DNA of 64,000 bases from Octopus sinensis (Eukaryota). How positions within the stretch are numbered: the stretch's first letter is position 1; each line of letters starts with the position of its first letter. Made by a program: the position numbers and the translations under genes. Where the stretch lies: the NCBI RefSeq assembly GCF_006345805.1, contig NC_042997.1, positions 194,060,001 to 194,124,000 of the forward strand, written 5' to 3'. The notes beneath the pieces were generated by a model. The model searched no databases. It was given only the letters and a program-made list of their open reading frames with translations, and was not told the origin of the DNA. Shown in pieces: positions 50,420 to 63,873 of this stretch.

Positions 50420-50653
50420 AAGGCGGCGAGCTGGCAGAATCGTTAGCACGCCGGGCGAAATACTTAGTGGTATTTCGTCTGCCGTTACGTTCTGGGTTCA
50501 AATTCCGCCGAGGTCGACTTTGCCGTTCATCCTTTCGGGGTCGATAAATTAAGTACCAGTTACGCACTGGGGTCGATGTAATCGTCTTAATCCGTTTGTC
50601 TGTCCTTGTTTGTCCCCTCTGTGTTTAGCCCCTTGTGGGTAGTAAAAGAAATA
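50420..50653 (+). mobile_element. SINE A with 18-bp TSD
   Basis: TSD tatatatgtatgtagatg at 50401-50418 and 50654-50671. Confidence 0.95.
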
Positions 50654-50731
50654 TATATATGTATGTAGATGTGTGTATATATGTGCTTGTATTTGTGTCT
50701 GCGCGCGTATGTGCGTGCGTTTGTGTGTGTT

Positions 50732-50816
<85 letters not shown>

Positions 50817-50844
50817 GTCTCTGTGTGTGTGTATATATATATAT

Positions 50845-51035
50845 AAGGCGAGCTGGCAGACACGTTACCACGCCGGGCGAAATTCTTAGCGGTACTTCGT
50901 CTGTCTTTACGTTCTGAGTTCAAATTCTGCTGTGGTCGACTTTGCCTTTCATCCTTTCTGGTCGATAAATTAAGTACCAGTTTCGTACTGGGGTCGATCT
51001 AATCGACTGGCACCCTCCCCCAAAATTTCGGGCCT
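50845..51035 (+). mobile_element. SINE A with alternative tail, 3'-truncated
   Basis: ...gactggcaccctcccccaaaatttcgggcc. Confidence 0.85.
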
Positions 51036-51804
51036 ATACATGTATGTATGTATGTATAGGGTTCAGTGCATTGATCTGCTTGGGGTGGGGTTACAGTGCT
51101 GTTACGACAGCTATCTATTTATATAATATATATATATATTGAATTTCGGGATGGTCATTTTTTATTTTGTCAAATTCACAAACGTGTGTCTGTGTATATA
51201 TGTATATTCACTTTGTTGTGCTGACTGGGACTTCGAAGCTGAGCTTATTGGCGAACCTACATGTGCACATATTACGCATGTTTTTATGTATAAAGTATGA
51301 TTTTTATATATACTCTTTTACTCTCTTTTACTTGTTTCAGTCAGTTGACTGCGGCCATGCTGGAGCACCGCCTTTAGTCGAGCAACTCGACCCCTGATTT
51401 ATATATATTATTATATGATTTATATATATATTGCATGAGTGTTTGTATGTGTCTGTATTTTGTGTGTCTGTTGTGCATGTATACATACATGCAAGCACAC
51501 ACACATACACACACACACGCACGCACACACACATATCCGTGCGCACACACACACATAAATACACACACACACATACATGCATACATGCATGCATACATAC
51601 TTGTAAGTATGTGTAAACACTTGCAAGAGACCCGGATAAATTCTATCCCTATATCAACAATCACACCCACCTATATACGTACAAGTGTGTCTATATATAA
51701 AACACACGTATTGATATACGTGACATATATGTGTGTGATTACATGCGCCCTCGCATAACCTATGGTGTGGTTCAAGACGTCTGCATGTACGTGTCGTGTT
51801 GCAT

Positions 51805-51826
51805 AAATATACATACATACACACAT

Positions 51827-51899
<73 letters not shown>

Positions 51900-52042
51900 A
51901 TGCATACATATATACACACTCACACTCACACACATATACATACATATGCATATCTATGTATATTATATATATAATATATATTAATATATATATATTATAT
52001 ATATATACATATGTATTATATTATATATATGTAATGTATGTA

Positions 52043-52098
<56 letters not shown>

Positions 52099-52103
52099 TG
52101 TAT

Positions 52104-52154
<51 letters not shown>

Positions 52155-52179
52155 TATATATATTATAATATATAATAAT

Positions 52180-52213
<34 letters not shown>

Positions 52214-52218
52214 ATATT
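51805..52218. repeat. (TA)n-rich tract
   Basis: Direct reading. Confidence 0.95.
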
Positions 52219-52777
52219 CGCTGGAATCCCTGAAGAAGCTTTGTAACTAATGCATTTATTGACAATTATCTAATTATCAATTTGATTAACTAATTAAAAT
52301 AGATTTACTCTTAGTAATTAAGCAGAAACATATGTCGAAAAATTATTTATTTATATGGATAAATAAATAAAGGATTATTATATCTGTTTTCATTGTCTAC
52401 CTTATTACATTTTCTCGGGACCGACCTACTACATTATGTATTTTAACTGGAATTAATACTATGTGTGCTCAAAACCAAAGTTGTGACTGAATTGATATCT
52501 ACCTGGACTTGTCTCCCGACTTTGTTATATATATATTAATAAATAAAACATATGCATATATATATATATACATATATGAACGTACCTACCTCTTCATGTA
52601 TATATACACGCATATATGAGTACAGGACACCAAAAAAACGTCGAACACAATGAGAAACGAAAACATAGACACAAACACAAGGAACTGGACATTTTTCTTA
52701 AACAACAAAAAATAGAGTACAGGACAAATAACACAGGAAAAAAAAACCTTCTTCAGTCGCCATAGTTTCATCTACTC

Positions 52778-52848
<71 letters not shown>

Positions 52849-52966
52849 ACATCCATATATGTATGGTCAATACAAATCAATAAACAATTAAAAAACAGAA
52901 ATAAACGAACTTGTGGACGTGCACAGGAAATATATTCATTTGACGCTCGGTGAAGGAGGGATTTGC

Positions 52967-53001
52967 TTTTAACGTTTCGAGCATAGCTCTTCGTCGGAAA
53001 C
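52967..53001 (-). ncRNA. Minimal hammerhead-like motif
   Basis: Minus strand reads ttt-CCGACGA-a-gagc-tat-gctc-GAAAC-GTT-aaa. Confidence 0.5.
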
Positions 53002-53169
53002 AGGAAAGCCTAAAGAGAAGGAAGGAAAAATATGGAAAAATCGCCAACAGTCCATGTGCGGTTACCTAACCAGTGAGGGCATCCCTCCATGTGGCAGCTC
53101 AACGTGTTAGAAATAGCAGTTAAGCCACCATCACATCACAACCTGCATGCTATCTTCAAAAATATATAG

Positions 53170-53530
53170 ACGCAGGAGTGGCTGTGTGGTAAGTAGCTTA
53201 CTTATCAGCCACTTGATTCCGGGTTCAATCCCACTGCGTGGCACCTTGGAAAAGTGCCTTTTCGGCCGACCAAAGCTTTGTGAGTGGATTTGGTTGACGG
53301 AGATTGAAAGAATCCTACACGTGTGATTGTATGTGTGTGGTGGTGGGGGGTCTCATCGCTTGACAACCGATGTTTGCGTGTTTACGTCCCCGTAACTTAG
53401 CGTTTCGGCAAAAGAGAACCGATAGAATAAGTAAGTAATAGGTTTACAAAGAATAAGTCCTGGGGGTCGATTTGTTCGACCTAAAGGCGGTGCTCCAGCA
53501 TGGCCGCAGTCAAATTGACTGAAACACATA
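53170..53530 (+). mobile_element. SINE B
   Basis: Head, deleted core, tail. Confidence 0.88.
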
Positions 53531-53939
53531 AAAAAAAAATAATTGAATAATGCGTCTGGAAACATGACGAGGTTTGACAAGCTAAAATGTTTTTTGATCA
53601 TAGGTCTGACTACGTGATCTGGGTTACCCTGGGGGGTTACACAACAATAACACCAACAACACCGACCAAGGGTCTCTCGCAACACAGAACTGGCCCTCCT
53701 TCGCCACCCCCCCCCCGCCACCCTTCTCCCATCGCTAGACAAACGTCCTGTTACCACCAGACATAAATAATCAGCCCTTCTCCAGGCAAAGTTCACATGC
53801 AGACACGACGTATATCATAATACACACACACACACACACACACACACACCTCGCCGGGTATAATCCACCCCGAAATGCGAAAGGAACCTCCACCCATCCG
53901 ACTCAAGTTGTTAAGTTGCAAAATTGGTAAAATAGTAAA

Positions 53940-53969
53940 TTGCTGTTGTTTTTGTTGCTATTGTTTCTG

Positions 53970-54001
<32 letters not shown>

Positions 54002-54217
54002 GGTGGTGGCGGTGTTAATGGTGGTGGTGGTGGTGGTGTTAATGGTGGTGGTGGTGGTGGTGGTGGTGATGCTGCTGGTGATGCTGGTGGTTGGTGGTGT
54101 TGCTACAGCTGCCGTTGTTGCTGCTGCTGTTGTTGTTGTTGTTGTTGTTGGGGGTGGTAATGGTGGTGCTGGTGATGGTGATGGTGGTGGTTGGTAGTGT
54201 TGCTACAGCTGCCGTTG

Positions 54218-54248
<31 letters not shown>

Positions 54249-54520
54249 AGGTGGTGGTGGCCGCGGTGGTGTTGGCGTTGGTGGTGGTGATGCTGATGGT
54301 GATGGTGCTGGTGGTGGCGGTGATAGTGGTGCTGCTGTTGTTGCCGTTGCTGCCGTTGCTGTCGTTGTTACTGCTGTTCTTGTTATTGCTGCTGTAATTA
54401 TTTCCATTGTTGCTGCTTCTGCTGCTGCTGTTATTACTGTTGTTCTTCTTCATACTGCTGCTATTGAATGATGTTATTATTATAGCTGTTGGTTGCTATT
54501 GTTGTTGCTGTTGCTGTTGT
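53940..54520. repeat. Compound GTT/GGT/GCT trinucleotide region
   Basis: Direct reading. Confidence 0.92.
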
Positions 54521-54778
54521 AACTCCAGTGAAGCCTGACGAAACAGACTGTCACAACAGGTGGCGATGGTGGTGGTGGTGGAGGCGGTGGCGGGACGGCG
54601 ACGTCGATGTTATGGTAATGATGATGTTGAGGCGATGATGTGGTAGTGGTGCGGTGATGCTGAAATATGTGACTGCAGTAGTGGTGTGGTGTGGTGTGGT
54701 GCGGTATAGCATGACTATAGCGACGATGGTGTGTTGTGCTGGTGGGGGTGGGTGGAAAGTTAAACAAGTACTTAACAT

Positions 54779-54979
54779 AAAGAAGAAGAAGAAGAAGAAG
54801 AAGGAGGAGGAGGAGGAGGAGGAGAAGGAGGAGGAGGAGGAGAAGGAGGAAGAAGAAGAAGGAGGAAGAAGATGAAGATGAAGAAGAAGAAGAAGATGAA
54901 GAAGAAGAAGAAGAAGAAGAAGAAGAAGAAGAAAAGAAGAAGAAAAGAAGAAGAAGAAGAAGAAGAAGAAGAAGAAATT

Positions 54980-55014
<35 letters not shown>

Positions 55015-55160
55015 GGAGGAAGAAGAAGAAGAAGTAGAAGAAGAGGAAGACGAAGAAGAAGAAGTGGAAGACGAAGAAGAAGAAGAAGAAGAAGAAGAAG
55101 AAGAAGAAGAAGAAGAAGAAGAAGAAGAAGAAGAAGAACAAGAAGAACAAGAAGAAGAAA
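54779..55160. repeat. ~380-bp (GAA)n/(GAG)n polypurine tract
   Basis: Direct reading. Confidence 0.97.
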
Positions 55161-55274
55161 CCACTTCGGTTTCAGATTTTTGGAAACAATTTTAGGGATT
55201 AATTCCTTCTGCCATTTTTACAAATTTACACGAATTTACGACGGGAAGAACAGAAGTGTGACTAATTTCGTTTG

Positions 55275-56035
55275 CAACGCTGGCAGAATCGTTAGCGCGT
55301 CGGGAAAAATGCTTAGCAGGATTTCGTCCGTTTTTACGTTCTGAGTTCAAATTCCGCCGAGGTCGACTTTGCCATTCATCCTTTCGGGGTCGATAAATTA
55401 AGTACCAGTTACGCACTGGGTCGATATAATCGACTTAATTCGTTTGTCTGTCCTTGTTTGTCCTCTCTGTGTTTAGCCCCTTGTGGGTAGTAAAAAATTA
55501 GTATTTCGTCCGCTTTTACGTTCTGAGTTCAAATTCCGCCGAGGTCGACTTTGCCGTTCATCCTTTCGGGGTCGATTAAATAAGTACCAGTTACGCACTG
55601 GGGTCGATATAATCGACTTAATTCGTTTGTCTGTCCTTGTTTGTCCTCTCTGTGTTTAGCCCCTTGTGGATAGTAAAGAAATTAGTATTTCGTCCGCTTT
55701 TACGTTCTGAGTTCAAATTCCGCCGAGGTCGACTTTGCCTTTCATCCTTTCGGGGTCGATTAAATAAGTACCAGTTATGCACTGGGGTCGATATAATCGA
55801 CTTAATTCGTTTGTCTGTCCTTGTTTGTCCTCTCTGTGTTTAGCCCCTTGTGGGTAGTAAAGAAATTAGTATTTCGTCCGCTTTTACGTTCTGAGTTCAA
55901 ATTCCGCCGAGGTTGACCTTGTCGTTCATCCTTTTGAGGTCGATAAATTAAGTAACAGTTAAGTACTGGGGTCGATGTAATCGATTCATATGCATCCCCA
56001 ACACCGACCTTGCTGGCCTTGTGCCAAAATTTGAA
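55275..56035 (+). mobile_element. Tandem SINE A array with 184-bp period
   Basis: gtatttcgtccgcttttacg starts at 55501, 55685 and 55869. Confidence 0.93.
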
Positions 56036-56731
56036 TTCTACAAGTCCGTCTACGCAACTGGTACTTAATTTATCGACCCCGAAAGGAAGAAAAGCAAAGT
56101 CGACCTCGGCGGAAATACATAAATATTAAAATATATTTTCTAATTTTGGCTCTAGGTCAACAGCAATTTTGAGGGAAGCGGAAGTTGATTTCAATGGCCC
56201 CAGTACCTAATTGGTTCTTTATTTAATTGACCCCTGGCGGAATTAAAGGCAGCATTAGACTTCGGCAGCATTTGATACCAGAAGCAAAAGAACCGGAAGA
56301 ACTGTCGCTCACCGCTTTAATAAATGCTTAAAAAATAAGGAGGTGGGGGCGGGAAAACTACTCCTTTATCTTTCCCATAGTGTATGGAACTTCGAAGTGC
56401 AATTATTCCAAAACCCGCTTTTTATAGTAAATTTAATACATCGTTCCGTTATAAACTGGACATTGGGTTCTGAGAAGAAATTCCTTCCTTTCTACTCCAC
56501 CAGCCAGTCGTGGATACCCTGGAAAAGAAAGTGTTATGGGCTCGGTTCTTCCACTGATGACTAATCCATTAACGGTATCAAATTTAAATGGAGATAGATT
56601 AATTATCGATAACGATTATCGAAATAAATTAAGAGATTATCTATATCACACTTGTGACAACAAATTTAATCGCCACGCTATTATTGTAAGCGATAAGAAG
56701 CAAAGTGGGTGGAAACTTGAGACAGTCACAG

Positions 56732-56768
<37 letters not shown>

Positions 56769-57011
56769 AGTGTGGGACTGTGTGTGTGTGATTTATATTT
56801 TTCTGTTTTTTTTTATTTGTTTTGTCATCTTGTTTTATTTTTCACCTTTTTTTTTTTTGATCGGTAGAAAATTACGTGATTCAAGGACAGAAAATTTCGT
56901 GCACGGCACTTTTTGCTTGTTTGTTCTATCCAAACCTATATATACACAGACAGACAGACAGACAGACAAGCAGACAGAGAGAGAGAGCCAGATAGATACA
57001 TACATACGTAC

Positions 57012-57375
57012 AAAAATATCCTGTTGTTGATGTTGAAATTCCAATGCAGGGGCCTTGGATCTAGATTAGAAACAGGCTCTTTCTCTATTGGCACGAAATC
57101 TTGAAATAAAACTAAACAATGGCATACATACATGCACGCCTACATACATACACACATACATACATGCATACATACATACATGCATACACGCACGTATGCG
57201 CACATACATAGATAGAGACATACATGCATAAATACATGCACGCATACATACATAGATATATACACACATACATACGTGCATGCACACACGCACGTATGCG
57301 CACATGCGTACATAGATAGATACATACATGCATACATACAAACATACATACATACATACATACATACATACATAA

Positions 57376-57406
<31 letters not shown>

Positions 57407-57732
57407 CATAATTACATACATACATATATACATACATAGATTCATACATACATACATACATACATACATACATACATACATACATACATACATACATGCA
57501 AATATATAGTTGCATGTCTAGGCATGCAACTATATGCATGAGAATAAATACATAAAACAAAATATGCATATCTGCATATACACAGACTCCAAATATTGTA
57601 CATATACACACAAGTATATACAATAACCCTCGCTAATGTTGTTGAAATTCCAATGAAGGAGCTCTAGAACTAGGTCAGAAACTAGCTCTTTCCCTACTGG
57701 CAAGAAATCTTGAAATAAAACTGAATGATAAC
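57012..57732 (+). mobile_element. Two 3'-end remnants of the CATA-associated RLE LINE within (CATA)n
   Basis: gttgaaattccaatg...gaaatcttgaaataaaact at about 57012-57122 and 57630-57732. Confidence 0.78.
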
Positions 57733-57839
57733 ATACACCCACGCTGTGCATACTACATACATATATACATTATCTCACTGCTGACTGATTTTGCTGTATT
57801 TTACATCTTGCAGCATTCAATATTGTGTGTTTGATTAAT

Positions 57840-58255
57840 GGCGGCGAGCTGGCAGAATCGTTAGCACGCCGGGAGAAATACTTAGCCGTATTTCGTCTGC
57901 CGTTACGTTCTGAGTTCAAATTACGCCGAGGTCGACTTTGCCTTTTATCCTTTCGGGGTCGATTAAATAAGTACCAGTTAAGCACTGGGGTCGATATAAT
58001 CGACTTAATCCGTTTGTCTGTCCTTATTTGTCCTCTCTGTGTTTAGCCCCTTGTGGGTAGCAAACAAATAGGTATTTCGTTTGTTGTTACGTTCTAAGTT
58101 CAAATTCCACCGAGGTTGACTTTGCCTTTCATCCTTTCGGGGTCGATTAAATAAGTACCAGTTAAGCACTGGGGTCGATCTAATCGACTTAATCCGTTTT
58201 GTCTGTCCTTGTTTGTCCCCTCTGTGTTTAGCCCCCTTTGGGCAATAAAGAAATA
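57840..58255 (+). mobile_element. SINE A dimer with TSD
   Basis: TSD aatattgWgtgttt; internal junction caaata|ggtatttcg at 58070/58071. Confidence 0.92.
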
Positions 58256-58444
58256 AATATTGAGTGTTTATTTTAAAGGTCTCCTCAAGAGGGTACCCTC
58301 ATAGCGTTCAAAAATCACATAAATTTACGCTCAAACGCACACACATATATACACACACGCGGATGCACACCCACGCAATCCATGCGCACACATACATGCG
58401 CGCACACTCTCACTCACACACACACATACGCGCGCACACCCACG

Positions 58445-58511
<67 letters not shown>

Positions 58512-60116
58512 TCGAACACAAATGCGCTGAATGTTTCAAGTGCTATTGATAAGTTAAGCCTTTTCAGATGCTTGAAATAGAAAGATGAGAGAGAAAGAAT
58601 AAGACGGTGAGAAGGGAAAAGGAGACAGAGAGGGAGAGAGAAAGAAAGGAGGAAGAAATCTGTTTCCTTTTTATGCCCTTAGTGTGTTAAGGCGCGTGGC
58701 CCAGTGGTTAGGGTGTTGCGCCCACAATCGTTAAAGCTCGAGTTCGATTCCCGGATCTCGCGTTGTGCTCTTGAGAAAAACACTTCATTTCACGTTGCTT
58801 TACAAATGGGAGCGTGGCGGAATCCTTGACGTGTCGGCGGAAATGCTTTACGTTCTATATATCTTCCGGTCTTCTATATTTCTGAGTTCAAATCCCACCT
58901 GGCTTGCAAAGGCAACGAGGAAACCACTCCAGTTTTCATCTCAAAGCCGAAGTTCCAGTAATCTATTTAATGGTGACCGGGAGAGAGGGTACCTCCCCCG
59001 GGAGCGCATGGTATACTGGAGGAGGGTCACATGCACAGGACCTGCTCACGGAAAGACCACCGCTCGGCTAGACCTTGAAGGGAGAGAAAGAGAACTGCGA
59101 CGTTTGGGGGCAGGAACTTTCGTCAGAGGTATCGTAGTGTTGTTAAGGAAATTCGCTTTGAAAATCGTGATTTCGATTTCGATACCACTATACCGTACAT
59201 TGGACAAGTATCTAACTGCCATTGACACGGGCCTGTCTGCAAGGTTTGTGAGTGACCATTTGGTGGACGGAAACTGTGTGGAAAGCCTGTCTGAAGGACT
59301 TATACCTTGTTTTGACTGGTAAAATTAATTCAGAGGCTAGTTTAACACCAACACCACCACTACCATTCGGGCCAAAGTTTTCTGTGGGAAATTCATTCAG
59401 GTTGGCGTTTTCAAACAGTTATTGCTATCTCAAGAAGGCCGGGGGGGGGGGAGACAAGGAGTTGTATGGAAAGTAATTGTAAGGCTGGTGTTTTGTGTTT
59501 GTTTTTGTTTTATGTTTGGTATGTTTTTTTGTTTGTTTTTTTTTATTCCCATCTTTCCCACAACGGGAATTGCATTTCTGGAAGAATTTTTCAAGAATTT
59601 CTTCTTTTTATTTATTTATTTTTGCATTCTATTTTATCTTTAACATTTTTGCCCCCACCCCCACCCCACTCCCAATTCTGTTCCCTTTTTTTTTATTTCC
59701 CATGAGATAGTGATCGCTATTCCAAAACTTCACTCCGTTCTATTATTGCATTCTCTGATTTGAGGATCATCCAGTTCAACACCACCACTTGGGTACCGTT
59801 AGCCAAGACCATTGCGTTGCATACATCCCGACTAGACCACCGCCCTTCAAGAAAACAAGCCCTTTTCTTCCCTCAGAGACTCTGCAAAGTAATGCTTTTC
59901 CTCCTGATAAAACAAACAAACCCCAAAAAACAACTTCCTTCCTACTTCCAGTTACTACCGAACTGGAGAGGGTCTTGGCCTGCTGCCCACCCTAAGCCGT
60001 TAAAATAAATCGCATTTAAAAGCTGTACGTTAGGCTGAAGTGTATCAGTAAGATGTTTCCAGTGCAGACGATCGCTAGTTTCTTCCGTTACATTCTAATG
60101 TATTACCTATATATAT

Positions 60117-60503
60117 GGAAGCACTCCGTCGGTTACGACGATGAGGGTTCCGGTTGATTCGAATCAACGGAACAGCCTGCTCGTGAAATTAACGTGTAAG
60201 TGGCTGAGCACTCCACAGACACGTGTACCCTTAACGTAGTTCTCGAGGATATTCAGCGTGGCACAGAGAGTGACAAGGCCGGCACTTTGAAAATACAGGT
60301 ACAACAGAAACAGGAAGTAAGAGTGAGAGAAAGTTGTGGTGAAAGAGTACAGCAGGGATCACCACCATGCCCTGCCGGAGCCTCGTGGAGCTTTTTAGGT
60401 GTTTTCGCTCAATAAACACTCACAACGCCCGGTCTGGGAATCGAAACCGCGATACTATGACCGCGAGTCTGCTGCTCTAACCACTGGGCCATTGCGCCTC
60501 CAC
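60117..60503 (-). mobile_element. SINE family C head with a long alternative 3' body, flanked by an 85-bp duplication
   Basis: Head gtggaggcgcaatggcccagtggttagagcagc; duplication at 60032-60116 and 60504-60588. Confidence 0.9.
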
Positions 60504-61059
60504 AGGCTGAAGTGTATCAGTATGATGTTTCCAGTGCAGACGATCGCTAGTTTCTTCCGTTACATTCTAATGTATTACCTAGATATATACGACTCAAGTG
60601 TCTGACTCTTGTATGTATGTATGTATGTATGTATGTATGTATGCATGCATGTATGTATGACAGCCTGTATCGTTTTATCTAGCTGTCAGTCAATCGTTCA
60701 TCTATTTATCTATCTACTTAAGTATGTTTCTACTTGAGTATGTAACTACTTATGTATGTTTATACATGAATATGTACATATCTTTGCGTATCTGTATGTT
60801 TATCTCCTTCTTAAGACATCTATTTAGTTTGTCAATCTATCCAATCTATCTACCCATAGCTCAATCTATCGACCCAACTATTTATCAATCTATCTTTCTT
60901 TCTTTCTTTCTATTTATTGACCTATCTGTCTGTTTGTCTGATAATCTGCCTATTTGTCTATGTATCTATCTATCATCCATTTTATCCATATATCCATTTA
61001 TCTTTCTATTTACCTAACTATTTGTCATCCATTTTATCTAGCTTTCTATCTATCTAGCT

Positions 61060-61376
61060 GTGGAGGCGCAATGGCCCAGTGGTTAGGGCAGCGAACTCGC
61101 GGTTGGATGATCGCGGTTTCGATTCCCAGACCGGGCGTTGTGTGTGTTTATTGAACGAAAACTCCTAAAAGCTCCACGAAGCTCCGACAGAGGGTGGTTG
61201 CAACCACTGTTGTACTCTTTCGCCCCAACTTTCTCTCACTCTCTCTTCCTGTTTCTTGAGTAACGTTGCGATGGACTGGCGTCCCGTCCAGCTGGGGGGA
61301 ACATATACGCCACAGGAACCGGGAAACGGAGACTATGAGCCTGGCTAGACTTGATAAGGGCGATGTTTTTTTTTTT
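61060..61376 (+). mobile_element. SINE family C with poly(T) end, flanked by an ~80-bp duplication
   Basis: atctttctatttacctaactatttgtcatccattttatcta occurs on both sides. Confidence 0.88.
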
Positions 61377-61559
61377 ATCTATCATCTATCATCCATTTTA
61401 TCCATCTATCTTTCTATTTACCTAACTATTTGTCATCCATTTTATCTATCTATCTATCATCCATTTTATCTTGGTCATTCCCTAAAGTGATAAGGGTAGG
61501 AGGATTTGTGTCTTATAACAAAAAGACCGTGTCCAATATCTATAAACACCAGCCCGCGT

Positions 61560-61945
61560 ATGACTTTCAATTCACAGTTTGCTTTGTGGTTTTGAGTTCA
61601 ATTGCACTGCACGAAACCTTGGGCAAGTGTGTCTTCAACTACAAGCTCAGACCAATCAATGCATTGTGAGTGAATTTGGTAGATGAAAACTGCATAGAAG
61701 CCCATCGTATGTATGTGGTGGGGGCATGTTTTTGTGTTTGTGTTTGTCACTCCACCGCCGCTTGACAATCGGTATTGGTTTATTTACGTCCCCCGTAACT
61801 TAACAGTTCGTAAAAAGACAGCGATAGAATAAATACAGACTTTTAAAAAAAAGCTTATGTCCTGGGGTCGGTTTTATTCCACTAAAAATTTTCAAGTCGA
61901 TGCCCCAACATGGCCGTACTCCAATGATTGAAACAAGTGAAACAG
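61560..61945 (+). mobile_element. Diverged SINE B
   Basis: ccttgggcaagtgt core; gccccaacatggcc...gattgaaacaagt tail. Confidence 0.8.
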
Positions 61946-63045
61946 TGGCGCTCAACAATATTTTAGCTATGAACTTCTTTGGTTCCCATTTTGGACCGTT
62001 CTAGCAGTTCCATGTTTAAACAATCCTATTATATTTTTATAATCAAAAATTATTCGTTAAGATTATTTGCCAACATAATGTGGCTGTCTTGGTTAGGACG
62101 ATTGTTACTGTCATTTAGCCCCAGGAAACATCGTCTCCACGACACACTATCTGCGTCTTTATATTTTCGAACAAGGGAGTAGTAGTGGTGGTGGTGGTGG
62201 TGGTGGTGACGGCGGTGGTGGTGTTTTTTTTATTGTAACGGTTGTAACAGATACAGCTATAATAGTGGTGAAGGTGGTGGTGGTGGTTTGTAGTAGTAGT
62301 ATCAGTAGTAGTAGTGGTGATGGTGGTGGTGGTGCTCATTTTTTTATATTTTAGCGGTTGTAATAGATACAGCTATAATGGCGGCGGTCGTGGTATGAGT
62401 TGCAGTTGTGGTGGTGGTGGTGATGGTGATGGTAGCGGCTGTGGTAGTAGGTTTGTGTGTGGCGGGCCCTCAGGGGTCAGTGTCCTGATAGTGCAGCAGA
62501 CAGGTGCAACCAGCGATTGTGTTGACAGTTAATAGCAATTGCCTTCACCGGTTCACCGCTGTACATGCAGACATGCAAATAACAGATGAAAGGCAACAAG
62601 GAAGTCACTTTATTCCCTTCACTGTCCAAGCTGTCTACATTGCTGCAGTTGTTGTTGTTGTTGCTGTTGTTGTTGTTGTTTTAGTTCCCAGATTCTGCTT
62701 TGATTTGAGAAAACCTAACATGAAAGGCATTATTATTATTATTATAGCCAAGAGCATTTCGTCTTTTATTCGTATTGCACACGCAGACCGGGATCCCGTT
62801 TCCCAATGTGTCCCTTTAGCTAAGACGGTAGGTTGTGATTTGAGGAAGAACTTTTTTTATGTTTTGCTGCTATTTCTAGCAGATCGTGCGACCACGTTGA
62901 TGCGCTTCTGTTACTAGTTCTACTGACAGATACTACTACTGCTGGTGATACTGGTGGTGATATTGGATGTGGTGGTGGTGGTTCTGCTGCTGGTGCTGGT
63001 GCTACTGGTAGTGGTGGTGGTGGTGGTGGTGGTACTGCTGCTCTA

Positions 63046-63085
<40 letters not shown>

Positions 63086-63802
63086 ATGATGATGGTACAG
63101 CTGCTGCTGCTGATGATGATTGTTGTTGTTGTTGTTAAGCAACAAGACGGATAAGGGTGATTAGGTGATGGTCTAGAGCTTAGGGGCGGGAGACCTCAGA
63201 CCTTGGGGGAAAAAAAAAACTTTGGTCGTCTTGTTGTAGTCGAGGGCTCTTCGTTGACGCCCGACACCACTGGGAGGTGGTGGCCCTCGAAGTCGCTGGA
63301 AATGGAGATCTCCAGGTCCAAATTCTTGAACGGCTGGTGGTGGTGGTGGTGGTGGTGGCAGAGGTGGCATTAGTGGTGATGATGGTGATCGTGGTAAACA
63401 AAGTGGTTTCAGTAACAGAATAGTAGTTGCTCTTTCTCTATACTTACCGTAAATGATGACATAGAAGGCGCACAGGCATAATAAAACGTACTCTAAGTTC
63501 AGCAGCGCATAATCAGGAAAAAAAGTTCATAGTGCATTAAAGCATGTAACAGAAGCCCAACTTCGCATATAGGAAGTATATCTTATATGTCGTCACTTAC
63601 AGTAATTCTTTGATGGAACTCCTACCTTGCCCCATCACATTGTTTAGAGAATTTTTAGGGTTGAGGATGTTGTTATGCTTTTGTCTTTGAAAAAGTCTTT
63701 TACGTTTTGAGGCTACGCTCTTCAACAGAAAGAATAAGAGGAACTAAACAGAGAGAGAATGGAAAAAAACTTGTAGGTTTCAGCGGTCCAAGATGGTGAA
63801 GC

Positions 63803-63870
<68 letters not shown>

Positions 63871-63873
<3 letters not shown>

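Noticed and set aside
53940-55195. Low-complexity ORFs (poly-V/G/E/K/F/S)
   Set aside because: They are pure trinucleotide repeats with no splice or start context.
58765-59322. 185-aa plus ORF
   Set aside because: It runs across pieces of three different SINE-like remnants, so it is not a coherent gene.
63200-63260. RQRRALDY as a TGF-beta-like furin site
   Set aside because: No cysteine-knot sequence follows, and the codon bias favours a different frame.
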